DNA of 64,000 nt. Source: Saccostrea cucullata. Taxonomy: Eukaryota. Positions within the stretch are counted from its first letter, which is position 1; every line of letters starts with the position of its first letter. The DNA lies in contig NW_026939106.1 of assembly GCF_032062105.1 (NCBI RefSeq), forward strand, positions 62,001-126,000, in the 5' to 3' direction. The notes below the pieces were generated by a model, which had not been told where the DNA came from, did not search any database, and saw nothing but the letters and a program-made list of their open reading frames with translations. Below, one piece after another: positions 1 to 10,123 of the stretch. The translations under genes and the position numbers were made by a program.

Positions 1-356
1 AAACAGAGTGACCTATTAAAAAACAGCTTGCAAAATAAGTTAAATTCAGTACTTATAGTGCCAGCTTTAATGCAAAGATATTGTGCAGTCATCCTTGACT
101 TTATTTCCTCTTCGACTAGCTTGGTATAGAATTACATGTAGAGAGGTATTACTTTACTTTTGAATTAACATTATGACTATATTAGCCCACCGTACTAACT
201 GTATAAAATACAATTTCTTAACAATAGAGCTAAAATTTATATCATGTGCACTGTTACACAGTCATATACCTGTAAACATTAAATGGCATATGAGCCACCT
301 GTAAATGTAATATGGGTACAGTCAGTGTGCAAGTTGTACACGTGTTTATTACTTAC

Positions 357-446
357 TTTGTCTGTGACTTTGGGCCCCTTGGGCTTGTCATCACCTAAGA
401 GACCTGGGACTATCAGAAATAAGGCTAGAGCACTGAGGACAAGCAT
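357..446 (-). CDS. PPIB: Cyclophilin B (peptidyl-prolyl cis-trans isomerase B), first coding exon; rest of the gene continues leftward, with no further exon recognised in the window
   Basis: MLVLSALALFLIVPGLLG-DDKPKGPKVTDK is a signal peptide plus the KGPKVTxK motif that starts mature cyclophilin B. It is followed by a perfect donor AAA|GTAAGT at 357/356, phase 0. Confidence 0.85.
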
Positions 447-544
447 TATGACTATAACTTTCCTGCGCCAAAGCAGAGATACGACTTTACTCAATGAAAA
501 ACCTATGGCTTTGCTTGACTGACTACACCGGTGTTGTTTGTCTA

Positions 545-586
545 AACCGGAAGACCGGGTTCTGAGTTGTAGCAATTTGATTGGTT
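545..586 (-). promoter_or_regulatory. Putative PPIB promoter elements (ETS-type CCGGAAG, CCAAT box)
   Basis: CCGGAAG at 547-553 and ATTGG (CCAAT on minus) at 580-584, ~100-140 bp upstream of the ATG. Motif match only. Confidence 0.45.
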
Positions 587-1301
587 GTTATTGACTCCTA
601 TGGAAAGCCAGTGGGTATTTTATGAAATACTAGTTAATCGGTAAATTCAAGATATTAAAGCACTACTCTTGTTTAAAAATAAACACTTTTTGTTTTCTGT
701 CTGCTCCTACTCCATTTTTTGAAATTAAGACGATTTGTTATATTTAAAAATCGAAAAGTATCTCCTAATAAAGGGGCATTACTCTGTTATTCTTAATCAA
801 AACTGTACAGTGAGCATTATACATATCGAACATTTTTGCAAGCTCAAACAACCCGAAATTATTTCATCCTTAAAAGACATATCTTCTTGTTGGGTCGTCT
901 TTGTATTGTACGTCATTTGTAAACTTGAACATTTTCATTTTTTTATGTCTCTTGATAGGCCAGCAGACAACATTTCAAACTATTTCTGATACTTGCAACG
1001 TCTATGCCGTCTACTGATTTTTATTAGAAAATGAGACTAATTTTCAAATAGAAATCAATAAACGACAAATATAAAACATCAACGACATACTTATGAGTAA
1101 AAAAGTGAATTCAATTCTGCTTTCTACTCCCCCTAGGCTCCTAGAACTCTCTTCCCAAAGGGGTCTAAACCATCAAATTCAATGTAATTTTCAAAAATAA
1201 ATCTCAAGTTAACAAATCACATCAGGGGTTAATTGATTTGCATGATTATAAAGAACAATTACCCTGTAATAAAATAAAAACTTAATAAATATGTTGTCTG
1301 G

Positions 1302-1407
1302 TTGCTACAGAATTGTAGCTCTCTGCCTGAAATATTAGGACATATAAAGCTTTTAATAACTGTCCAAATTTTCTCAAGTAGAGAGCGGGGCTACAGCTCT
1401 GCAGTTA
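1302..1407. mobile_element. 106-bp MITE, family A (TAGCTGCAGAAC termini, degraded), AcademH-like
   Basis: ~40-bp imperfect TIRs; exact 9-bp TSD GTTGTCTGG at 1293-1301 and 1408-1416. Confidence 0.8.
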
Positions 1408-1424
1408 GTTGTCTGGATCTTTGG

Positions 1425-2134
1425 CATCTTCGCTAGCCAAGGGTTTCCGATCCGATACCTACTCTTCAACCCTTGGCAGATTTAGCTGAAAATTTTAGAA
1501 CTCGCGCAAACGAATTTGATTGGCTGCGAAGTCCGAGTCTACGCAAGGTTTTTACTAATCGACGATTTTCGGCTGAATTAAAGTCTGTTCGTGTTTTATG
1601 CAAAATAAGAGTAATATTTACAAGGGATGAAAGTTAGGACGTGATATATGCTTAAAAAACAAGGGATTAATTAATTTGAATTTTTTTCTTTTAATTATAT
1701 ATGTTTTCAAGAATTATTGAAAGGACCACATAAGTCCGTGTTCCGCATTTTAGGTGCGTCAATTTAAGCCAATCAAATGTCACGGCTCATTGATAATAAT
1801 TGATACCGCAACAAGTAGAAAGTGGGGTCAAACTCTTGACTAAAAATCCACGACGAACAATATTTTCTACAACTTTTGAGGTGTGCCCACTGCCCACAGC
1901 TGTGTGAAGTTGTTTGGATATATTCCACATCAAATTGCATGGAGGTCGCCATATTGTTTTAAACGTCATATTGATCTACGTATGTTACAGCTATTTTCAT
2001 TGGACAGATATTAAAGAGCTTCAAGGGACTTAACTCATTTACGGCGATAGGCGGCGCAATCAAAGTTCCCGTTTGATAGATGCCAAGGGTTGTAGAGTAG
2101 ATTTCGGATCGGAAACCCTTGGCTAGCGAAGATG
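1425..2134. mobile_element. 710-bp non-autonomous DNA transposon, family B (CATCTTCGCTAGCCAAGGG termini), AcademH-like
   Basis: ~54-bp TIRs; exact 9-bp TSD GATCTTTGG at 1416-1424 and 2135-2143. YR..YR termini plus a 9-bp TSD fit AcademH better than Mutator; the superfamily call is inference. Confidence 0.9.
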
Positions 2135-2299
2135 GATCTTTGGTTCAGTCCTCGAGCTGGGACTGGTAATATTTTTTGTCACCTAACCGGTAAGGGTATG
2201 CAAAAGTAGACATGATCTCTCAAAACAATCACACCAGACACACAGAACATACCCCCTGCGATGCGAACGTGATTGATTTTGGCAATGCAGCATTGTTGG

Positions 2300-2832
2300 T
2301 AGCTGCAGAACTGTAGCTCTCCGAAAAATATATATTGACAGACCGGAGAGCTACAGTGCCACCCATTGAAAAAACTGTATACTTATTGCGCACAAAAAAG
2401 TGCGCTGTTTCCCGATTTACTTCTCCATGTTTTTAAAACTGTCCCTTTGCTTACCGTATGTTCCTAACATATTCTTTGATTGCTTCCACAACAAAACATT
2501 CATTGTAATTGTTGTTAAAGGCCCTTCTGGGCCTGAAATTGAGATCATCGAAAATTTCGTCCATTTACTCTGCCATTTTGGTTTGAACGGTAATTCGGTA
2601 CAGCACGCTCCGTGCAGATGTCGACTACGAGAAAACTTGATAAAGGGGGTAAGGAATATACCGTATTGAAATTCAGCTTTTTTCGCTATTGAGGTAAGGA
2701 TTTGGAAGAATTGATCCAGAACCAAGCGAAACTTTTTGTGCTCAATAAATATACAGTTTTTTTCAATGGGTGGCACTGTAGCTCTCCGGTCTGTCACTAT
2801 AAATTTTTCGGAGAGCTACAGTTCTGCAGCTA
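2300..2832. mobile_element. 533-bp non-autonomous DNA transposon, family A, AcademH-like
   Basis: ~100-bp TIRs beginning TAGCTGCAGAACTGTAGCTCTCCG; exact 9-bp TSD CATTGTTGG at 2291-2299 and 2833-2841. Confidence 0.9.
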
Positions 2833-2849
2833 CATTGTTGGTCAATTGT

Positions 2850-2921
2850 CATCTTCTCAATGCCTGGGGTCCCGCGTCAACATGTTGCCGTTTGACTCGG
2901 GACCCCTGGCTTGCGAGGATG
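2850..2921. mobile_element. 72-bp hairpin mini-element with family B-like termini
   Basis: CATCTTCTCAATGCCTGGGGTCCCG...CGGGACCCCTGGCTTGCGAGGATG; TSD GTCAATTGT/GCCAATTGT (8 of 9 match). Confidence 0.75.
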
Positions 2922-3892
2922 GCCAATTGTATGAGTGTAACATCTGAAACATGCTTATGTCGCTTATCCAAAAAGAGAGAATCCCTTGCTTCTGGTCCTA
3001 GGGTGGGACATAGTTGATCATATACTAAAGATTAAAAAAATCTTTTGCAATATTTGAAGATTAAACAGACAGTCTATTTGCATCTTTTGTAAGCACTTAA
3101 CTGTGTTTTTGAATGGTAAATAAAGATTTTATAATCAATTCTTAATGACTTGAAATTGCTATTCACGTTATTTTCAAATGATGTTTTAAAACAAAAATTC
3201 CTTGAAAAAAATTCCATAAATTTTTATGAAACATTATTCGAATTGAAAATCTAAATTTTGAATTCCTCGCGTAAATTAAAATCTCTTCTTCACTTGACTA
3301 CGGAATATAGAATTTAAGACAAGTAATCTATTACAAATAAGAAGTGTAACTCGGTGATTTATTGCATTTTTATAACACAGGTGTTAAAATCGTTATGGGA
3401 AAGCAAATTTTATAAGGAAAAGTGATAATCAACAATCTGAAAATGAGCTGTAATAAATTCTAGAACTTGGCAGACAAGATACTCAATTTATGTAATAGTT
3501 TTATCTTTTCCAGACGCATGAACTTGAGTATTTTGATTTTATCAATCACGGTGTGAAATTCTGATAAACTCTCCTTGCAGGTTTATATCATACAGGATAA
3601 AGATCTGATAACCGAGCTTCAAGGAATTAAAACCCTTTGTTTGATACTATTGTGCATTAGACCTCTGTGTTTGATTCTCTTGTGCATTCATTTGTTAAAC
3701 ATGAAACATTTACGAGTCATTGTATTATTTCGCCATAAAGTATATTCTTATAAAATGATGCCCATCATGGATATTTCTGGCGTGTTTTCTTTGAAGGGGA
3801 AATTCCATTAGCATTGCAGTGACCGAAGAGTTCCAAATTGTCCGTTTCTTCAAAGTGGGTTAATAATTCGCAAAAGATGTTTAACCCTGACG

Positions 3893-3965
3893 TAGCTGCA
3901 GAACTGTGACTCTCTGCTTGAGAAAATTCGGACAGATAAAGCAGAGAGCTACAGTTCTGCAGCTT
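3893..3965. mobile_element. 73-bp hairpin mini-element, family A
   Basis: TAGCTGCAGAACTGTGACTCTCTGCTT...AAGCAGAGAGCTACAGTTCTGCAGCTT; exact 9-bp TSD ACCCTGACG at 3884-3892 and 3966-3974. Confidence 0.88.
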
Positions 3966-4542
3966 ACCCTGACGGACTTATAACTCCGCACAAGAAAATA
4001 GGTCATTTTAATAACGATGATATAATCTTGCAATTTTCTGCATATCACTACATCTGTATTTCACAACTGCGTTTGCAAAACAGGCATGTGAGAAATGAAA
4101 AATTAAATATACAAGTAGTACATGAACTTGTGGAAGAAAAATAAATTATTCTCGGCCAAATACAAAGCAACTGTCATGCAGTACATGTACATAGTCATTT
4201 GGTATATATGTCTTTAAGAAGCATAAGAGCATGTGTTCGTAAGATATTTCACTTAAATGAAAGAAATATTTAATTAAAATTAATTTTAAAGATGCTACAA
4301 AGAAATTACTGAATTCCTCTATTTTTGAAAAGCGGACAGAATGTTACGACATCTTCAGTGAAGATGCAAAATAAAGGAACTTCTTCCAAGAGAGCTTTTC
4401 ATTATATTGAATAAGTTAAACTTAAAAGATATCCGATATCCATTACGTAGCACAATTTTTTCCCCCATGAATTGAGATTTCGTGCGGTAATTTCGTGAAG
4501 CTCGACAGATAACTCTCAGGAAGTGGACTTTGATTGACTTTG

Positions 4543-4594
<52 letters not shown>

Positions 4595-4634
4595 TGTTGT
4601 CTGTCGTTCTTGTCGTAGTCGTCGTCGTCGTTGT

Positions 4635-4665
<31 letters not shown>

Positions 4666-4706
4666 AAGAACCACAGGGCCAAATTCAACCAAACTTGGCA
4701 CAAGGT

Positions 4707-4775
<69 letters not shown>

Positions 4776-5843
4776 ATGAATTAGAGAAAAATGAATGGCA
4801 TTTTAAAAAAATCTTCTTCTCAATAACCACTGGGCCAGGGAAGATGAAACTCATGTGGAATCATCCTCAGGTAGTGTAGATTCAAGTTTATTAAAATCAT
4901 GACCCCCGGGGGTAGGGTGGGGCCAAAATGGCCGATCATAATTTTACATAGGAATATATAGGAAAAATCTTTAAAAATCTTCTTCTCAAGAACCACTGGG
5001 CCAGGAAAGATGAAACTCATGTGGAATCATCCTCAGGTAGTGTAGATTCAAGTTTGTTAAAATCATGACCCCCGGGAGAGCGTGGGGCCAAAATGGCCGA
5101 TCAAAGTTTTACATAGGAATATATACAAAAAATCTTAAGAAATCTTCTTCTCAAGAACCATTCAGACAGGAAAGATAAAACTCATGTGAAATCATTCTCA
5201 GGTAGTGTAGATTCAATTTTTTTTTTATTATGACCCCCAGGGGTAGGGTGGGGCCAAAATGGCTGATCAAAGTTTTACATAGGAATATATTGGGAAAATC
5301 TTTAAAAATCTTCTTCTCAAGAACTATTGGGCCAGGAAAGATGAAACTCATGTGGAATCATCCTCAGGTAGTGTAGATTCAAGTTTGTTCATATCATGCC
5401 CCTGGCGGTAGGGTGGGGCCAAAGTGATCGATCAAAGTTTTACCTAGGAATATATAGGAAAAATCTTTAAAAATCTTCTTCTCAAGAAGTGATTGAGACA
5501 GGAAAGATAAAACTCATGTGAAATCATTCTCAGGTAGTGTAAATTCAAATTTGTTCAAATCATGACCCCCGGGGAAGGTAGGGGCCAAAATGGTAGATCA
5601 AAGTTTTTCACAAGAATATATAGGGAAATCTTTTAAAATCTTCTCAAGTACTTCAAAGCCATAATTAGTGATATTTATATGAAATCATCCTCAGGTAGTG
5701 TAGATTCTAGTTTGTTCAAATCATGACCCCCTGGGGGGTTAAAATTTAAGCCCCCCTCCAAACTCAGTAAACTTTCATTTCTGATATTTGCTTTTTCCTA
5801 GCCGGTGTGCTCAGGTGAGCGCTGTGGCCCCTGGGCCTCTTTT
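4543..5843 (+). mobile_element. Non-autonomous Helentron (HINE/pearl-type) carrying a ~166-bp satellite array
   Basis: 5' subTIR AGCTCACCTGAGC plus hairpin, (GTC)n microsatellite, tandem units, 3' subTIR GCTCAGGTGAGC and terminal hairpin GGCCCCTGGGCC; T-rich flanks. Confidence 0.85.
4817..5740 (+). repeat. Tandem ~165-166-bp satellite units (oyster Cg170/HindIII-like)
   Basis: Unit anchor TTCTCAA at 4817, 4983, 5148, 5314, 5479 and 5641. The family name is from recall and was not searched. Confidence 0.85.
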
Positions 5844-7552
5844 GTACTTAATTAGGATGGAAAGAGCAGAATTTGTACCACCGCACTAGCGAGGGTAGAA
5901 GCCAGAGACAGGGGCAGGAGAAGGCAGTGCATTTGGACCTTGTGTGCCAGCGGGCACGAAGAGGATATAGGTGAAATGAGTTTAGGTTTTCGTAGTTTTA
6001 TGAGATGATTTTCAAATTCCTTCCCAAATACCGTACAGTTTTAGCTCTACAGGTCAGGGAGGTAAGCTATATAAAGAGCTTATGCGATAGTATAGTATAC
6101 ATGTACCCGTCATCTGTCCATCTGCCTGTTGTCTGGAAAACAGTTTTCAAAAAGGCTACTCCTCCTGTGGCACTCATCGTCGCAAACCACGGCCAAAATG
6201 TACGATCCTCTCCCATTCTGGTGTGGCACTGGGCTTCGAGATTTCATCATAACTTGGTGCACAATTAGATAACACTAAGACGCATATACAAGTACATGAA
6301 GTTCTGCATGTCTTGTTGAACGGTGCTGCAACTTGCAATATGCTTACTAAAAAGAATTTTCTTGATATTCTTTCGAAGCATATTATTCAGTATTTATAAA
6401 TGGGTATCAAGTTGACCACCTTAAGATACACATGCCATTCTGTGTTTCGGTTTTAGAAAATCTAATCAAATTAATATGTTGCCATAGTTACAAGAAAGTA
6501 CTTTAAATTCTTTCAAAGGTTACTCAAATGAAGTTTTAGTCGGATTGAATAAAAACCTTCTACAAAAGTAAATTGCGCTAAAATATACATTTTGTGCATC
6601 AATTTTTGATTTGGGTGAGTGACACTGTGGTGTTCCTATGTTTACCGAAAAAAAAATACTGTGAAATTATTACAAAGATATAATTTTCATGCAGTTTTGA
6701 TCTGATTTTATTAAAACAATTTACACACACCCAGACCCACGAATTCTGTTTAAGCTATGCAACTTTAAAAAAAGAATAAAAAATGATAAAAAAAAAAATC
6801 CTTTTTTTAGAGATGTCTTGAATTAAAAAAAATACTTCAACAGCGGATTTCATAATTAAAAATAAATTAACCGACATGTAAAATTGAGTAATTATATTTG
6901 TTTAAGCGAAATGTTTCATTATTCAACTTATCAAGTGAATACTTCAAGGAATCCAAATGCATTTTATCTGTTTCAAAAGGGCATTTGTAATTTGTCCATA
7001 TTTAAATGCATAAAAACTACACAGGTGTTCAAATACAGGAAAAATAATAAAATCCGTCAAAATGACAGATTGAAAAAAAAGAAGATATTAATTTTCTGAA
7101 GTGTACGATTGAAAACGGAAAGCACCCTCCTTTGTGTAGAAGGATAACCACATTTCTTATTTATGGATAAAATATACGAATTTCAATAGGCAGTCTCCTT
7201 TAACTTCTGTTTGACAAGCATTAAGGGGGCATTTCTGAATGATGTTTACTTTTCAGATATAAAAATAATGTCTGGGTTTTTTTTTATCTTCAGAAATATT
7301 ATTATTGAAAATAAACGCAATATACATCAGCCTCCAAAGGTGTTCTTTCGTCATATTTATCTACAGAAAAATTTCAGAAAATTTGCGTATAGAAAAACAC
7401 ATTTGTTTAACAAAAAACAGCTATACATTTATCGCATACTAGTATATATTTGCCATTATGATGACTCTGCTTTATTTGTCATAAAATCTATGTACATGTT
7501 ACTAAAAATTGCTCATTAGTTTTAAGTAGAACCCTCTTTTAAATTGCGTTTT

Positions 7553-7996
7553 TAAGATGCGTTTGTGAAACACTGATGCCCCCGTATGTCAGGTTATGGC
7601 TAGGGTTGAAATCTCTCAAATGCATGTCAAACTCTAAAGGTCAAGGTCAAAAGTGTTGGTACCCAAAGGAAGGTCTTGTTACAAGGAATACACCTGTGAA
7701 AAATGAAAGGCCTATTTCTAACTGATCAAAAGTTATGGTCAAGGTTAAAGTTTAAAGTGTGGTATTTTTTAAAAGTAGGTCAAGGTCAAGAAGTCAAATT
7801 TGGTGGTACCCATGGATAGTTCTTTTTAAAAGGAATACACCTGTGAAATATGAAAACCATAGCCCCACCCACTCAATAGTTATGGGCTAGGTTAAAGTTG
7901 ACAACAGACAGACATACAAACAGCTAGACAAACAGACAGACAGACTGAGAGAACAAAAACAATACACACCCGGGATCTTTCAATTCGGGGGCATAA
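7553..7996 (-). mobile_element. Non-autonomous Helentron-like element (ATGCCCCC subTIR type)
   Basis: ATGCCCCCG near 7577 and GGGGGCATAA at the right end, (GACA)n tract, internal AGGTCAAGGTCA repeat units. Confidence 0.7.
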
Positions 7997-9530
7997 TTAG
8001 CAATACTTCAAAGCATTTGAACGCCAAACTGTACATATAAATGTTGAAAATGTCCAGGATGACTAATAGACAAACACCAATTATAAGTTTAAGGTCCAAG
8101 TCCATAGATTCTAAGAATCTCAGGTTTGATGTTTTCAAATGCAAATCTATTACCAATTTACTTCAAAAGCAGAAATGGATGCACGGAAACTTTTCCCGGT
8201 TAAAAAAAATGTTTTTGACATTTACCGATTAAAGAGACAAAGTTGAATAGCTATGATGCAATAAACGAAAAATCAAGCTATAATATCCGAAGATTTTGTC
8301 AATTAAAATGACAATGTCATAAATGTAGGATATTTATTTAATAAAAGAACGTACGTTATTATCCTAATTATTATCTACACATGTCATGATCACGCCATCG
8401 ATCTTGCATTACACTGAATATCATTATCAAAAATCCTCAATGAATACAAATTATGAAAGATTTGCTGATCACGGCATCAGGTCTCCATTGTTTGAGCCCG
8501 TGACCCATAACACTGATTCCTTTAAGGTAAAGTTAACCCTAAACAGGTGCGGAAGCTTGCGATACAAGATCTAGCAAAACGTAAGGTGTTTTGACCTCGG
8601 TTTAAATTCATTAATCACTGTCTTAATTAACCAAATTAAACCCCAAGAACATGCGGTTTTATTCAAAAAAACCCCTCACGAATTGTCATCGGTAGTCCTC
8701 GGGTTCGCTGGCTGTTCAATCAGTGATAGGTGTCGCGGTGGCCGCTCGTACAAGAAAACTAACTCATTAATTCCCTTTGATGTTTTTGTTACTATTCTTA
8801 TACTACAGACTGACAAGGTCAGAACGTTGGAGGGAGCAATGCTATATAAAATCTTTTTGATATTTTGGGTTCTATTTTCTGAAAGAATATATCTCACCTT
8901 GTAACGAAATAAAGTACGTATGACATAAATTTGATACACTGATTTTGTATTTGCACTTTAAATGATATGTACTTTGATTCTATTGAGCTTTATTTCTAGA
9001 ATAAGAAAGATCAAGATGCCAGATTGTAACATATGAGAATAAACCGTTATTTTTCAAGGTTTTTGGAATCCAAACTTGTGTTTTTATTACGTATGAACTG
9101 CTGAATTTCCCAAAATGGTGCTTAGTGCAATAATTGTAATTGATCAACAAGTCCTTTTTTGCCCTCAGAATTAGTGGACTAAGAAATATAACATCTGACT
9201 ACATTTGGAACCTCGCTTCTAAAGATGAAATCTTTGCAAACTTCTACCACAGTCAAAAATGCAAAATTTCTTCCTTCACTGAATCTTTTACACTGATATA
9301 CATGTAACTATGCAACATCATAATTGACAGACATGAAGTAGTTTCTAGTTTATGTACGAAGAAAATTTTGAAATTCTGTCAAACAGTGACAAAATTTTTG
9401 TCAAAGAACAAGAATTTGCGAAGTCTTCGTCCTCTCCATTTCACCATAATAACGCGCAACATCATTGTGGATTTGATAACATCAAGTGAAAGATAGCTAC
9501 GTGTAGTCTTATGACGACATTTCCTGATTA

Positions 9531-10123
9531 TTATGCCCCCCTTCGAAAATGGAAGTCTTAAACACATTGTCTGTCGGTCGGTCGGTCTGTCGGTCCATAA
9601 TAAGTTTCCGTTTATTTTCTTTGAAGAGGTTGCTCATATTGAAAGGAAATTTGGTATATGGATTTATCATAAACATATCTAGGTTAAGTTCTGTTTTGTT
9701 TACGATCGAGTCATTTTGGACAGAGTTATGTCCCTTGGACTTATAAAAATTCCAATTATTTGCAGTTTCCGATGATTTTCTTTGCAGAGGTAGCACATGA
9801 TGAAATGTACGATAGCTTTATCATATTAAGAATATCTAGGTCAAGTTTTGTTTTGTTAACGATAGAGCCATTTTGGACAGAGTTACATGTATGTCCCTTG
9901 GACTTAGAAAATTTCAAATTATTAGAAGTCTCTATTTATTTCCTTTACAGAGGTTGCACATACTCAAATGAACTTCAGTTTACAGATTTATCAAAAGAAT
10001 ATCGAGGTCGATTATTGTTTTGGATAGGAGTGAGCGATTTTTGACAGAGTTATGTCCCTTGGAACTAAAAAAAAATCCAATTATTTGGGGGAGGGGGCAT
10101 AATTGTTTTACAAACATCTCTTA
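9531..10123 (+). mobile_element. Non-autonomous Helentron-like element with ~3 internal ~160-bp repeats
   Basis: TTATGCCCCC start, (GTCG/GTCT)n tract, three copies of GACAGAGTTA..TGTCCCTTGGA, 3' GGGGGCATAA..ACAAACATCTCTT. Confidence 0.75.

Noticed and set aside
1223-1266. CAGGGGTTAATTG..CAATTACCCTG hairpin as a sixth 9-bp-TSD element
   Set aside because: Flanks match only 6 of 9 in AT-rich DNA; not enough support.
2146-2165. CAGTCC..GGACTG mini-hairpin after the family B element
   Set aside because: Stem too short and no TSD.
4820-5351. Near-identical 66-aa ORFs (MSFIFPGP..) suggesting a tandem gene family or CRISPR-like array
   Set aside because: They are translations of satellite monomers; the units have no unique spacers.
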